Below, piece after piece: positions 48,401 through 59,551 of a DNA stretch of 64,000 bases. The stretch comes from Mobula birostris (Eukaryota), in the NCBI RefSeq assembly GCF_030028105.1, contig NC_092382.1, positions 99,898,699-99,962,698 on the forward strand. Direction: 5' to 3'. The notes under the pieces are model-generated. The model ran no database searches. It saw only the letters and a list, made by a program, of their open reading frames with translations, and was not told where the DNA came from. A program made the translations under genes and the position numbers. The stretch's first letter is position 1. Every line of letters starts with the position of its first letter.

Positions 48401-51400
48401 GTGTCTCCACTGAACCTCCTGTCTGCTCATCCAACTATTTAATCCCCTGTAACTCCTGCTCTCTCCCTTCCATTCTGAGTCACAGCGTTGAAATCAAAGG
48501 CAGTGATCACACTATGATTGACTTCAAATTGACATGCGACAAGAAGAATTTAAAGTCTGACGCAGTAGTATTTCAGTGCAGTAAACGAGATGACAGTGCT
48601 ATGTGAAAGTCTCGGCCGAAGGAATTTAAAGGAGATGCTTTCAGCGTTGTTTGCAGTGCAGAAATGGAGTGAGTTTCTGGTAAAACCGGGGAACGTGCAG
48701 AATAGATCTATTGTAAAAACAAAGAAAGAGGCAAAAAGCAAAATAGTACAATCGTGGCTGACAAGGGAAGTCAAACCGAACGCCAAAGCAAATGTAGCCT
48801 CCGCAGTAACATAAAAGACGAAACCCCCTTACACTAAGGAGAGAGCATAGAACAGCGCAAAGATGAAGATTAAACATACGGAGAGCAACTGAACGATCCA
48901 TTAGAAGGAAAAGATGAAATTCGAAGCAAGATGACAAAAAAATTTCTAAGTGGATAGTAACAGCATTTTCAAGTACATAAAATTAAATGAGGAATGAAAG
49001 GGGATATAGGACCGCTAGAAAATGAGGCAAGAGAAAAAACAACAGGGAATAATGAGATGGCAGTTGAGCTATATGAGTATGTAGCATCAGTCTTCACTGT
49101 GGGAGACTCCAGCAGTTTGCCTGATGTTGTCGTGTGTGAAGGAAGAGAGGTGGGCTCGCTTTCTGTTACAAGAGAGAAGGTGCTCAATCACCTGAAAGAC
49201 CTAAGGGTACATAAGTCACCCGGGCCTGATGAACTACACCTTTGGGTTGCAAAAGAATGAGCGATGGAGATGCTGAGGCAACTTTAATGATCTTTCTGAA
49301 AACCATTGGATTCTGGCACAGTGTCAGAGGACTGAAAGAATGTAACTGCCACCAGATTCTTTAGGAAAGGAGGAAGGTAGCAGAAAGGGAAATATGTATC
49401 AGATAGCCTGACCTTAGTGGTTGGGAAGATATTGGATTCAATTGTTAAGCATGAGGACAAGAGAGGACAAAGTCATCACGTTCCTCTGCTGTCTCGCTCG
49501 GTATCCTACGCAGATATCATCAGGCCGAAGGGACATACATATCTCAGAAATTGTGATAAAATCCTGACTGATCTGCTGGATTTGGTTGAGGAGAATCCAT
49601 GTAGATAGATAAGGAGGGTGCACAGATGTTGTCTATTGGAACTCTCAAAAGACCTTTGACAAGGTGCCACGCATGAGGCTGCTTAGCAAATTAAGAGTCC
49701 ATTGTATTACAAGAAATACGAGGAGCATTGGGTGAATGGTCGGAGGCAGCGAGTGGGAAAAAAAGGATCCGTTGCTGGCTGTTTGCCAGTGACAAACGGT
49801 GTTCCGCAGGTGTCGGTGCAGGGAACACTTTTTTGTGTTCTATGTTAATGATATAGATGATGGAACCGCTTTTTTTTCCTGCGAATTTTGAAGACAGTAC
49901 GAATATTGGTGTAGGGGCAGGTACTGTTGAGGAAAGTCGTCGTTTGCAGAGTACCTTACACAGGTTAGTAGAATTGGGACGAAATTGTAATGTGAAATAC
50001 AATGTTGGATAATGCATGGTCATGCACTTTGGTAGCAGAATTAAATGTGCAGACGAATTGCTAATCGTGCAGACCTGACTGCGCTGCAAAGAAAATTGGG
50101 AGTCCTCGTGCAGAACACCTAATATGTTCCGAATGACTGTATCTATTAAATAAGTTGTTGTTCTTTGTCTATCCTGTGTTATTTTATCCGGACAGTTATT
50201 AAGGATTTTCACATCTGTAGTAACTGACCAATTGGCATGTAATTTGTAGGAATCTAACTCTTGTATTGATAGTAAATTGTTGTGTCTTTTCTGTTTCTCA
50301 GCAGCTGGTCCGGACATGGCCAGCACATACATTTCTCAGTTGCTGGAACTTTCTGACTATATTGGTTGTGCTTAATATTGTTGAATTAATAATTACATAT
50401 TACAATTATAATTATAATTACATATCAGTTATGAGGATATTTTATGATATAGCAGTGAGGTCAGTGTTTGATGGTAGTAATGGTTATAAATAGCTATATA
50501 ATAAACCCCAAAGTTCCAGAATGTTCTTTCCATTTTCAGTTTCAGCAAATATATTTAAATCACAATGGTTATTATGTTTTCATGTCTGAGGTAAAATAGG
50601 ACTGGATGTTGTGATAGTAGATGCTTTTTCCCCATAAACGATTTTTTCTCTGTAAACTACACTCTGCTTGCCCTCTAAAACATTAATAAAGGATGAATCA
50701 CCCAGTTATTCATGTCCAATGGTGTATCTGTACATTGTAAAACGATCTGTGGTTCAGAAGCTGGTACAGGAACTTGTTATGAGGGGATTCTTGGGCCGGG
50801 TCAATCTTGTCTCGGACCATACTGTGAAGTTATAGAATATGAACAGTGTGTAAGGGTGAATTCAGCAGATTGCTGTGTTTTTCAAGCACTGATTTATGTA
50901 TCTTTAGTGCGCATGCAATGGCTTTATCTGTTGAATAAGCTGTTCTTCTTTGTCTATCCTGTGTTACTATATCCGGACGGTTACTGTGGATTGGCCCACC
51001 TATAATTACTGCTCGGTAGTTATATAGTGCGTTGTCATCTGACTCTTGTATTTATAGTAAGTTGTTGTGTCTTTTCAGTTTCTCAGCAGCTGGTGAAACC
51101 TGATGTCCGGACATAGCCAAGCACGCTCATTTCTCATTTGCCGGGAACTTTCAGACTATCTTGGTGTGTTTAATATTGCGGCCTTCTGGAGATGTCCATA
51201 AACATTACGGCGTAGGTCATTTTCTGATCGGACAGCGGTAATCAGTGGAGTTCCGCAGCAATCGGTGTTGGGACCGCTTCTTATGGTGTTGACCGTCAAT
51301 GATTTGGATGAAGGATTTTACGGCTTTGTGACAGGGTTTCAGACCCATGTGAAGGTAAATGGAAAGGCAGGTAGCGTTGAGGAAGAACGGTGCTTGCAGT

Positions 51401-52808
51401 AAGAATTAGACAGACTGGAGAAGAGGCAAAGAATTATGAAGGAATATTTTGTAGGGAAGTGCCCAGACTTACTCTTTGGCAGAGGGAATGAATGCGTGAA
51501 ATATTTCGTAAATGGGAAGATCACATGAATTCAAAAAGCAGAGTTGCAGAGCTACCAGACATTCTGCAGATTGAGTCAGTAGCGAGGGAGACAAATGCAT
51601 GTTCTAATTCATTTTCAGAGGATTGGTATATAAAGAGAACTCCTTCGCCATGCCATAAACTGTATACTCTCTGTATTGGCCTGGACTATTTTAACAATGG
51701 GGAGAATATTGAAACAAGCAGAGGTGCAGAGCATTTTGGGAAAATTCCCTGCAGGATAATTTGCAGAAATGCGAAGAAGCCAAATGCAGTGTTAGCATCC
51801 ATTTCCAGAGGACTGGGACATAAAAGCGAATCTTTCGCAACCTATTAATGTGCATAATCTTCCTAGTTTCCACCTCACAAGCACGTAGCACGGGCAGCAA
51901 ATCCTGGAGGTCCTGACTTCTAAATTAGCTCTTAACTCCTGGAACTGGCAGTGCAGAACTTCGTCACTCATCGTACCCATGTTATTGGTAACCCAATGGG
52001 CCACGATTTCCAGCTTTTCACACTCTCAGTTAAGAATACTGACGACTCGATTCCGAGATATCCCTGACGTTGTCGCCGATAGAACTACCTGTCAGCACCA
52101 CTAACAAATATCCTTTCACAACACCGTGAATTTCACCCTACCGGACCACCCCCCCCCACGCCCCCGCCACCTCGCACACACTTAGACACCGCTCAACGTC
52201 CACTTCCTTTCTGAGTCACAGAGGCAATCCAAGTGCCTGAGACCCGAACACTGTGACTGAACACTGTCAGTTGATTCTTCCCGTGCGCGCCCCATCCCAA
52301 TACTCCGCGACGGCATCCAAAATATTAAAGAACAATCTATGCAATAATTATTTTAATCTCTTTATATCATCATTATTGTTTGTTTGTTTTTTTTTTTTTG
52401 CGTGCACCTTCCTTTCCAGACTGGTTGTATATCAGTGTCTGGCTGTGTGTCAATAAGTTTCCCAATTGTGTGTCCTTTTACAAACACGGCAGGCATCCGT
52501 GGACAGCCGACTGCTGGGATTATTACATACACTTCCAATCTGCTATTGTATCGCTTCTCTGACGGTCTGCAGACAAAGGGTTAAACGTACCTGTCATTCC
52601 GTAGAACCTAATTAAGAATGTGCCCGTAGGGATTGTCAACGTCACCGCGGAGGTGTGGCTGCTGGTTACCTGGTCTATTAATATGTACGGTATACCTCAC
52701 AACGACAGTTTCAGTGAGAGCCAACAGTCTACGCTGTCAGAGACCAGCGGCTGCAGACCTAGAGAAGACAGAGGCTGGATCGGGAACAGGAATCTGACTA
52801 TCCCAGCA

Positions 52809-55800
52809 ATGGATCATAATCTGCGAAATATATCGCGGAATGCTCCTGGAGTTGAGCAGAATAATTTCTGGGCGTATCAATATCTTGTTGAAAATTATGA
52901 ATGGTTAACGTTGGACTCACGTATCTTTTATGCGCTTATGACATTCAGACTGGTTTACTACCCTGTACTCGCCATTGTAGCTCTTCCTGGTAAGTCTCTC
53001 GTCTCTTCCTCATGATTTACGTGGAAAAATATAAGTCAGCTTCTCTTTCATACCTGTCTTCTTACGACTCGCCAATTGAAAGGCAGGTCTTTCCAACTGG
53101 TATCGTTTCAGCAAACATCGGCTGAGTGTATTTGATAAGATATACCATGCAAGGCTTATCGTGAAAATAATCAGGAATGTGACCCAAGGGGCTGTTGCTA
53201 TGTATATCCAGAAATGGCTTGCAGACATTCATATTCTGCATTGAGGGCGTTGACCAGGGGTATGCCTCAGGGATTTGTTCTGGAACCCGTACACTTCGTC
53301 ATCTTTATAAATGACCTGGGGAAAGAAGTGCAGCGATGGGTCAGTAAATTTTCTCATCACCCAAAATTGGGGTGTTTTGGATAGTGTTGATGGGATGCAA
53401 AACTGCGGTAAGAAGAGGCAGATGGAGTTCAACACAGATAAGTGTGAGGCCATTCATTTTGTCAGGTTAAATATGATGGAAGAATATGGGACGAACGGAA
53501 TTAAACGAATAAATAAATACGTCCAACGGCTCCCCAGTTAAACAAGCAAAAGGTCACGTGGGCATCATCACTGCCGTGATCACTCGCCGACACGAAGAAT
53601 GCAGAGGAAACTGACGGCATGCAGTAGGATATTAGTATATTCAGCGAATGTACCAGCGCCTGGCCGTGGAGTGAAAATTTGGTAACTGTGAGGTTATCCA
53701 CTTGGGGAAGGCAAATGTAAGAACAGAATATTAATGAAGTGGTGAACGATTGCGCTATGCTGCTCTGCGGAGGGGCTTGGGAGTGCATGTGCTTGAATCA
53801 CAGAAGGTTAGTTTGCAGGTGCAGCGGGCTATCAAGAATACAAATACCATGTTTATGGAGGTTATGTGGCAACTGCACAAGGTACTGGTGAGGTGGCATT
53901 TGGAGTACTGTGCTGTTCCGGTCTCCCGACTTGAAGATGGATAAACTGGCTGTGAAGGCGTATCTCCAGTTGATTCCAGAGATGAGGTGGTTGGACTATG
54001 AATGGAAATCGAGTCGACTGGAATCGTACTAGCTGGAACTCAGAAGAATGAGAGGAAATATTCTAGAAACATATAAAATTATGGAATGGATAGATAAGAT
54101 AGTGGCAGGAAAGCTGTTTCCAGTGGTAAGTGAGACTGGAACTACGGGACATAGCCTGAGGATTCTGCGGAGTAAATTTAGGACTGTGATTAGGAAGGAA
54201 CTTCTTCTCTCAGAGGGGGGTGAATCTGTGGAATTCTCTGCTCAGTGAAGCAGTGGAGGCAACCTCAATAAATATATTTAAGACTGGCTGCCATAATTTT
54301 TGCATAGTAGTCGAATTAATAGTCATGAGGAAAAGGTAGGTATGCGGCGATGAGTCCATAGTCAGATCAGCCAAGATCATCATCACTGTCAGATCATGCC
54401 TGATCGAAAGCATGGACTGTTCCTGCTCCAATTATTAATCTTCTTATGTTCTCGTTTTCTCTCGTGTATACAGTTGAGTGAAGTTGAATTTCTGTCACCT
54501 TGGTATTTAGTACATTAATTAGTTCATTACTCTCTCAACAATTCCCGTTTGCAACTCGTTCTTCGGGTGCCAAAGATCAGAATACATTCCAGCCATCGGT
54601 TGCTATGACAGCTTTGCCCACAAGGCTCGGAAGCTAAATTCGGACATTCGAGCACCGAGCCTTCCCCGCCATTCGACCGTAACTGATTCATTATCGCTCT
54701 CAACCACATTCTGGCGCCCATCCTGTAGCCGTCGACGACCCGATGAGTCAAGAGCCTATCTCTCTCCTCAACAAAGGTTCAAATGACCTGCCTCCCACAG
54801 CCGTCTGCCGCGATGGATTCCACACACTCGTCTGTCTCGGTCTGAAGAAGTTACTCCCCATCTCCGTTCTAAATAGATGTCTTTCTATTGTGAAGCCTCG
54901 TCTTCAGGTTGTCGACTCCCCCACGACAGAAGCAACCCTCTCCACGTCCACGATATCAGGGCCATTCAATGTTCGATAGGTTTCAGTGAGGTTCCCCTCA
55001 TTCCCCTGAACTTCAGCAGGTACATTATAATCACTACCGATTTAATAACAGCTCCCAATAATCTCCTCAGCAGATACATTAATTCCATGTTCCTCTCTGC
55101 TCTCGGAAGTGCTGCAGATTAAAATAATTGTTTTCAGAGAATGCTTCCATCCAAATCTGTGTCAATGGTCTTTATTTCCCTCCGCACAGTGAACGTGGTG
55201 ACAATCGTCATCCTGTCGCGGGGAAAGTGCGGTCTCTCCAAAGGCGTCACAAGGTACCTGGTTGCCATGGTAGCAGCGGATCAGCTCGTCGTTCTCTTCG
55301 ATCTGGTATTGAACAAGATTCCGGTGACTAACGTGTCAATGGAGTTTCTCTACTGGTCACGTAGTGCTCCCGTGTGTAATATCCACGCCGTTGTGTTCTA
55401 CGCCGCCACGGACTGTTCTGTCTGGTTCACCGTCACTTTCACCTTTGATCGGTTTGTCGCCATTTGTTTTCAGGAGCTGAAACGAAGATACTGCACCGGG
55501 AGAGCGGCGGCTCTGGTTCTGGGGACAGTGACTGTGCTGAGCTGCGTAAAGAACATATTCTGGTACTTTATGCTCGATGAGTCATATTCGGCATTAAATA
55601 GTTCCTTGCTCTGCCTTAATACTAACCGTTTATTTTCCATTTCTCAGCTGGCAACATTTCGACTGATTCATTCCCTCCTCACCCCAATATTCCCCTTTGT
55701 CCTGATACTCCTGCTCAATAGTTTAACCATCAGACACGTCTTCCTCGCCAGCCGAGCCCGGAGGAGACTCCGTGGTTCGCGGGATGGCGAAATGCCCGCC

Positions 55801-56103
55801 GACCCGGAGTTGAAGAACCGGAGGCAAGCCCTCCTCTTACTGCTGGTTATGTCGGGGAATTTCATCCTGCTGTGGGCGCTGCTGACGGTGTATTCCATAT
55901 GGGACAGCTTTGATTCGATTCCCCCGAGTTCTCTGCGGGAACTGGGCTACATGCTGCAGCTCCTCAGCTGCTGCACCAACACGGCCCTTTACGCCGTGGT
56001 CCAGGCCAGGTTCAGGGTGCAGCTGAAGGAGACTGTGAAATCGCCCTTACGCCTCATGGCAAAGTTCATTCGGCGTTGTCAGGATTGCATTAATCCTCGG
56101 TGA
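52809..56103 (+). CDS. GPR139-like GPCR copy 3 (exons 52809-52989 and 55190-56103; 364 aa)
   Basis: Exon 1 MDHNLRNIS..YYPVLAIVALP + G|GTAAGT; acceptor ccgcacAG at 55188-55189; open 7TM exon. Confidence 0.9.
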
Positions 56104-58385
56104 CACTTCTCCCATACCGCCCAATATGTCCCATTTTATCTGGTAGGTTATTATAAATTGAAGGGCAACTGGGACCACTGGTTATTATAAATTGAAGGGC
56201 TACTGGGACCACTGGTTATTATAAATTGAAGGGCGAATGGGACGTGATGGAGTTGGAGATTTTGAAGGAGGCTGGTAAAAGTGCAGATGGGTTGAAACTG
56301 TGGTCACAGAAATCATAACTGTGTCAAAGTAATACGGCAGTTCAGTGTCTGTTGCTTCGAAACGGTTGAGAAATAGGGGAATATCTCCCAGGCAGGTAAG
56401 TCTATGACTATGACGCCTCTGGTTTTTGATAACACTATGCAAACATAAAAGAAAAGTAGATTCGTGTGCCAGCAGAAGATGGCAGTCGACAATGCCGAGA
56501 TTTCAATGTTGTCACCCGGGAATCGCATTTTAATTACAAAGGAGAAATAACAGTCTGTAGAATAAGTTCGACAGTGAGTTGTTCCGGGATTTGTGACACA
56601 TATAAATAACTTGGATGCATGTGAATGAGTTGACTAATAATCTTGCGGACGACACAAACAATTTAACTTACGCAAGGCGCCGGAGGATCTTCGGGCGGTA
56701 ATTTCAAATGAACTCGAAAGAGCAAGACCTTTACACAGAGAGTAGTGGGTGCATGGGATGCACTTCCTGGTGTGGTGGTGGGGACACAAGGAGGGGAGAC
56801 ATTGAGGAGCTGCTGATACAGACATGTGCCTCTGAGGAAAATGGAAGGACATGCTGATAATTCAAGCAGATAAGATTGGTTAGTCATTAGGTTACTTATA
56901 TAACTGGTACAGTGCGACTTTGTGGGGCGACGGGACTGCTCTGGTGCTGTCATGTTCCAATGAAGAGAATGAACAGCTGACACTTTGGAGAGACTTTTTC
57001 TGGATTGGAAAGGTCAAGGGGCCGGCTCAGGGTACGATGAGGTGGATTAACTACTGACGGGGGGAGAGGTGGTGAAAATAAGTGATGGACAGTGTAGGAT
57101 CGGGCGGGGTGATGTAGGAAACTGAGCGGTGATCGGCGGAAACTGTACGAGAACATGGATGTGGGAACCTGAGGACACTGGCTAGTACACGAAAGCGAGG
57201 AAGGGGGTTCACCGGGGGAGAAGATGGGTAAGTGAGCTGAGAACAAGAAACGAGAGGGGAACCAGGAAAGTTGATGGAACAGGAGAGAGTAGTGAGTGGG
57301 GACAAAGGATTTGGATGCTGGAGAAATCGCTGTTCATACCCGTAGGTAGTAAACTACCCAGACAGAATACGAACTGTTTCCCCTAAAAATATCATTCCAG
57401 CAGCAAAGACCGTGGTCAGGCTCTTAACCTAACGGTTAGGGTCGGAGTCCTGAGATCAATTGCAATGTTCTCGGTAAGGACAGTCTGTGTGTCCCACTGG
57501 TTCAATGTGCTCGTATTCACCATCTGTCTTTCCACACTTTAAAGAGCTGTCCGGTTGGTTAATTACTTTTTGTAAATTGTTCCTTGATTAATTTACGGTT
57601 AAAGCGCATTCTCTGATATTTGTTGGGGCGGCGCTCGATTTGTAAGTATAATAAATATTTAAGGAATAAACTCTCAGTATGGGAATAGGAAGATGGAGTA
57701 GATTTGCTGACCAGAGGCAGTTCTAACTATTGCGCACGACGGTGCCGAGGGACTCGCAGAAACGTTCCCCTATAATCATTCGGATCTCACCGAAGAGGTG
57801 CAGCCTCACTGCACTGGCAACACCGGGTACAGCAGGCGAAACCGGGTACATCAGGCGAAACAGATGGTGTGTCACCTCATCAGAGAGGCACCTGAACGTG
57901 GGTGCGGGAGACGCTGTGCGGGCCGGCGCAGCACAGGTCCCGCATGCAGGGTTCAGCGGCAGGAGGAGATCAGTGCGGAGTCATTTTAAGCTGCTGAAGC
58001 GGCAGCGGAACCCGTACTGAGGTCACGGTTATGCAACCATTGTATGGGTTCCTGTACCAGCTGTAAAGAAAATATTCTTTTAAAGTAATATGAATACAGC
58101 CCAGTCCATCAGGGGTAAAACCCTTCTCATTATTGACTGCATCTACAAGGAACGCAGTAGCCGAAAAGCAAAATCCATCATCAGTGCTCTCCATCACCCA
58201 GACCATGCTCTCTTCATTCTCTGGAAGGTGATACAGGGGCGTTAGCACTGACAGGACCGCCATCAAAGCAATTAATACACCTGAAAAATTCTAATCCCGA
58301 CGTTGCCCTGCACCATGACGTATGGATTGATTTTCAAGGGCTCCTCATCGGATGGCCTCGACAGTCATTGCTTGTTTATACATAT

Positions 58386-58445
<60 letters not shown>

Positions 58446-58928
58446 GTCTGTGTGTGGGCGCGTGTGTATAGATGTTTTAAAAATGTCCGCTGAGGGAGTC
58501 ATTTGTCAATTACTTGGAACATAGAAGTTCGGAACCAGCTATAAATTAAATGAAAAATACCCAAGCACTCATCAGTCCTACCTCGGCAATCTCAATATCC
58601 TCCACCGTCTTACATTCTTATGACTATCCAGGCGTCTCTTAAAATCTTCTAACGTATTTGCCTCCACGTCAATACCAGGCAGCGCATTCCAGGCATCCAC
58701 GGTCTCAGAGTGAAAAAAAAAACAACTATTCCTCACATCCAGCTTGAAACTACTTCCTCTCATTTTCGACGCATAGCCTCTGCTCTTACATATTTGAACA
58801 CTGGGGACAGATACTCCCTATTTCTCTATCTATGCCTCTCATAAGCTTATAAATATCTGCCAAATCTCCCCTGAGACTCAGGCGCTTCAGAGAAAACGAC
58901 CCGTTTGTCCAGCCTCTCGACATAAGAC

Positions 58929-59551
58929 AAGCAACACACATAACAGTTGCTGGTGAACGCAGCAGGCCAGGCAGCATCTCTAGGAAGAGGCGCAGTCGAC
59001 ATTTCAGGCCAAGACCCTCCGTCAGGACTAACTGAAGGAAGAGTGAGTAAGGGATTTGAAAGTTGGAGGTGGTGGGGGAGATCCAAAATGATAGGAGAAG
59101 ACAGGAGGGGGAGGGATGGAGCCAAGAGCTGGACAGGTGATAGGCAAAAGGGATACGAGAGGATCATGGGACAGGAGGTCCGGGAAGAAAGATGAGGTCG
59201 GGGGGGGGACCCAGAGGATGGGCAAGGGGTATATTCAGAGGGACAGACAGAGAAAAAGGAGAGTGAGAGAAAGAATGTGTGTATAAAAAAAAAGTAACAG
59301 ATGGGGTACGAGTGGGAGGTGGGACATTAGCGGAAGTTAGAGAAGTCGATGTTCATGCCATCAGGTTGGAGGCTACCCAGACGGAATATAAGGTGTTGTT
59401 CCTCCAACCTGAGGATGTGGAATTAAAATGTGTGGCCACTGGGAGATCCTGCTTTCTCTGGCGGACAGAGTGCAGGTGTTCAGCAAAGCGGTGTCCCAGT
59501 CTGCGTCGGGTCTCGCCAATATATAAAAGGCCACATCGGGAGCACCGGACG
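58929..59551 (-). mobile_element. Penelope-like element fragment, duplicate of 44867-45487
   Basis: Same TSD CATAAGAC at 58921-58928 and 59552-59559; GIY-YIG peptide. Confidence 0.85.

Larger units (their letters stand above)
34231..51836. repeat. Tandem segmental duplication unit 2 (about 17.6 kb)
   Basis: Colinear with units 1 and 3; carries extra CR1, full-length Tc1, an intron insertion and a PLE insert. Confidence 0.85.

Noticed and set aside
52620-52808. Longer N-terminus for GPCR copy 3 from the ORF track (GTG start)
   Set aside because: Paralogs start at the homologous ATG (cagcaATGGA); the upstream frame is not kept in the other copies
55141-55189. Single-exon start for GPCR copy 3 (ORF 55141-56103), likewise the GTG starts at 23999 and 41176
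   Set aside because: These begin in the intron or at the acceptor; the spliced exon 1 supplies the N-terminus and first half of TM1
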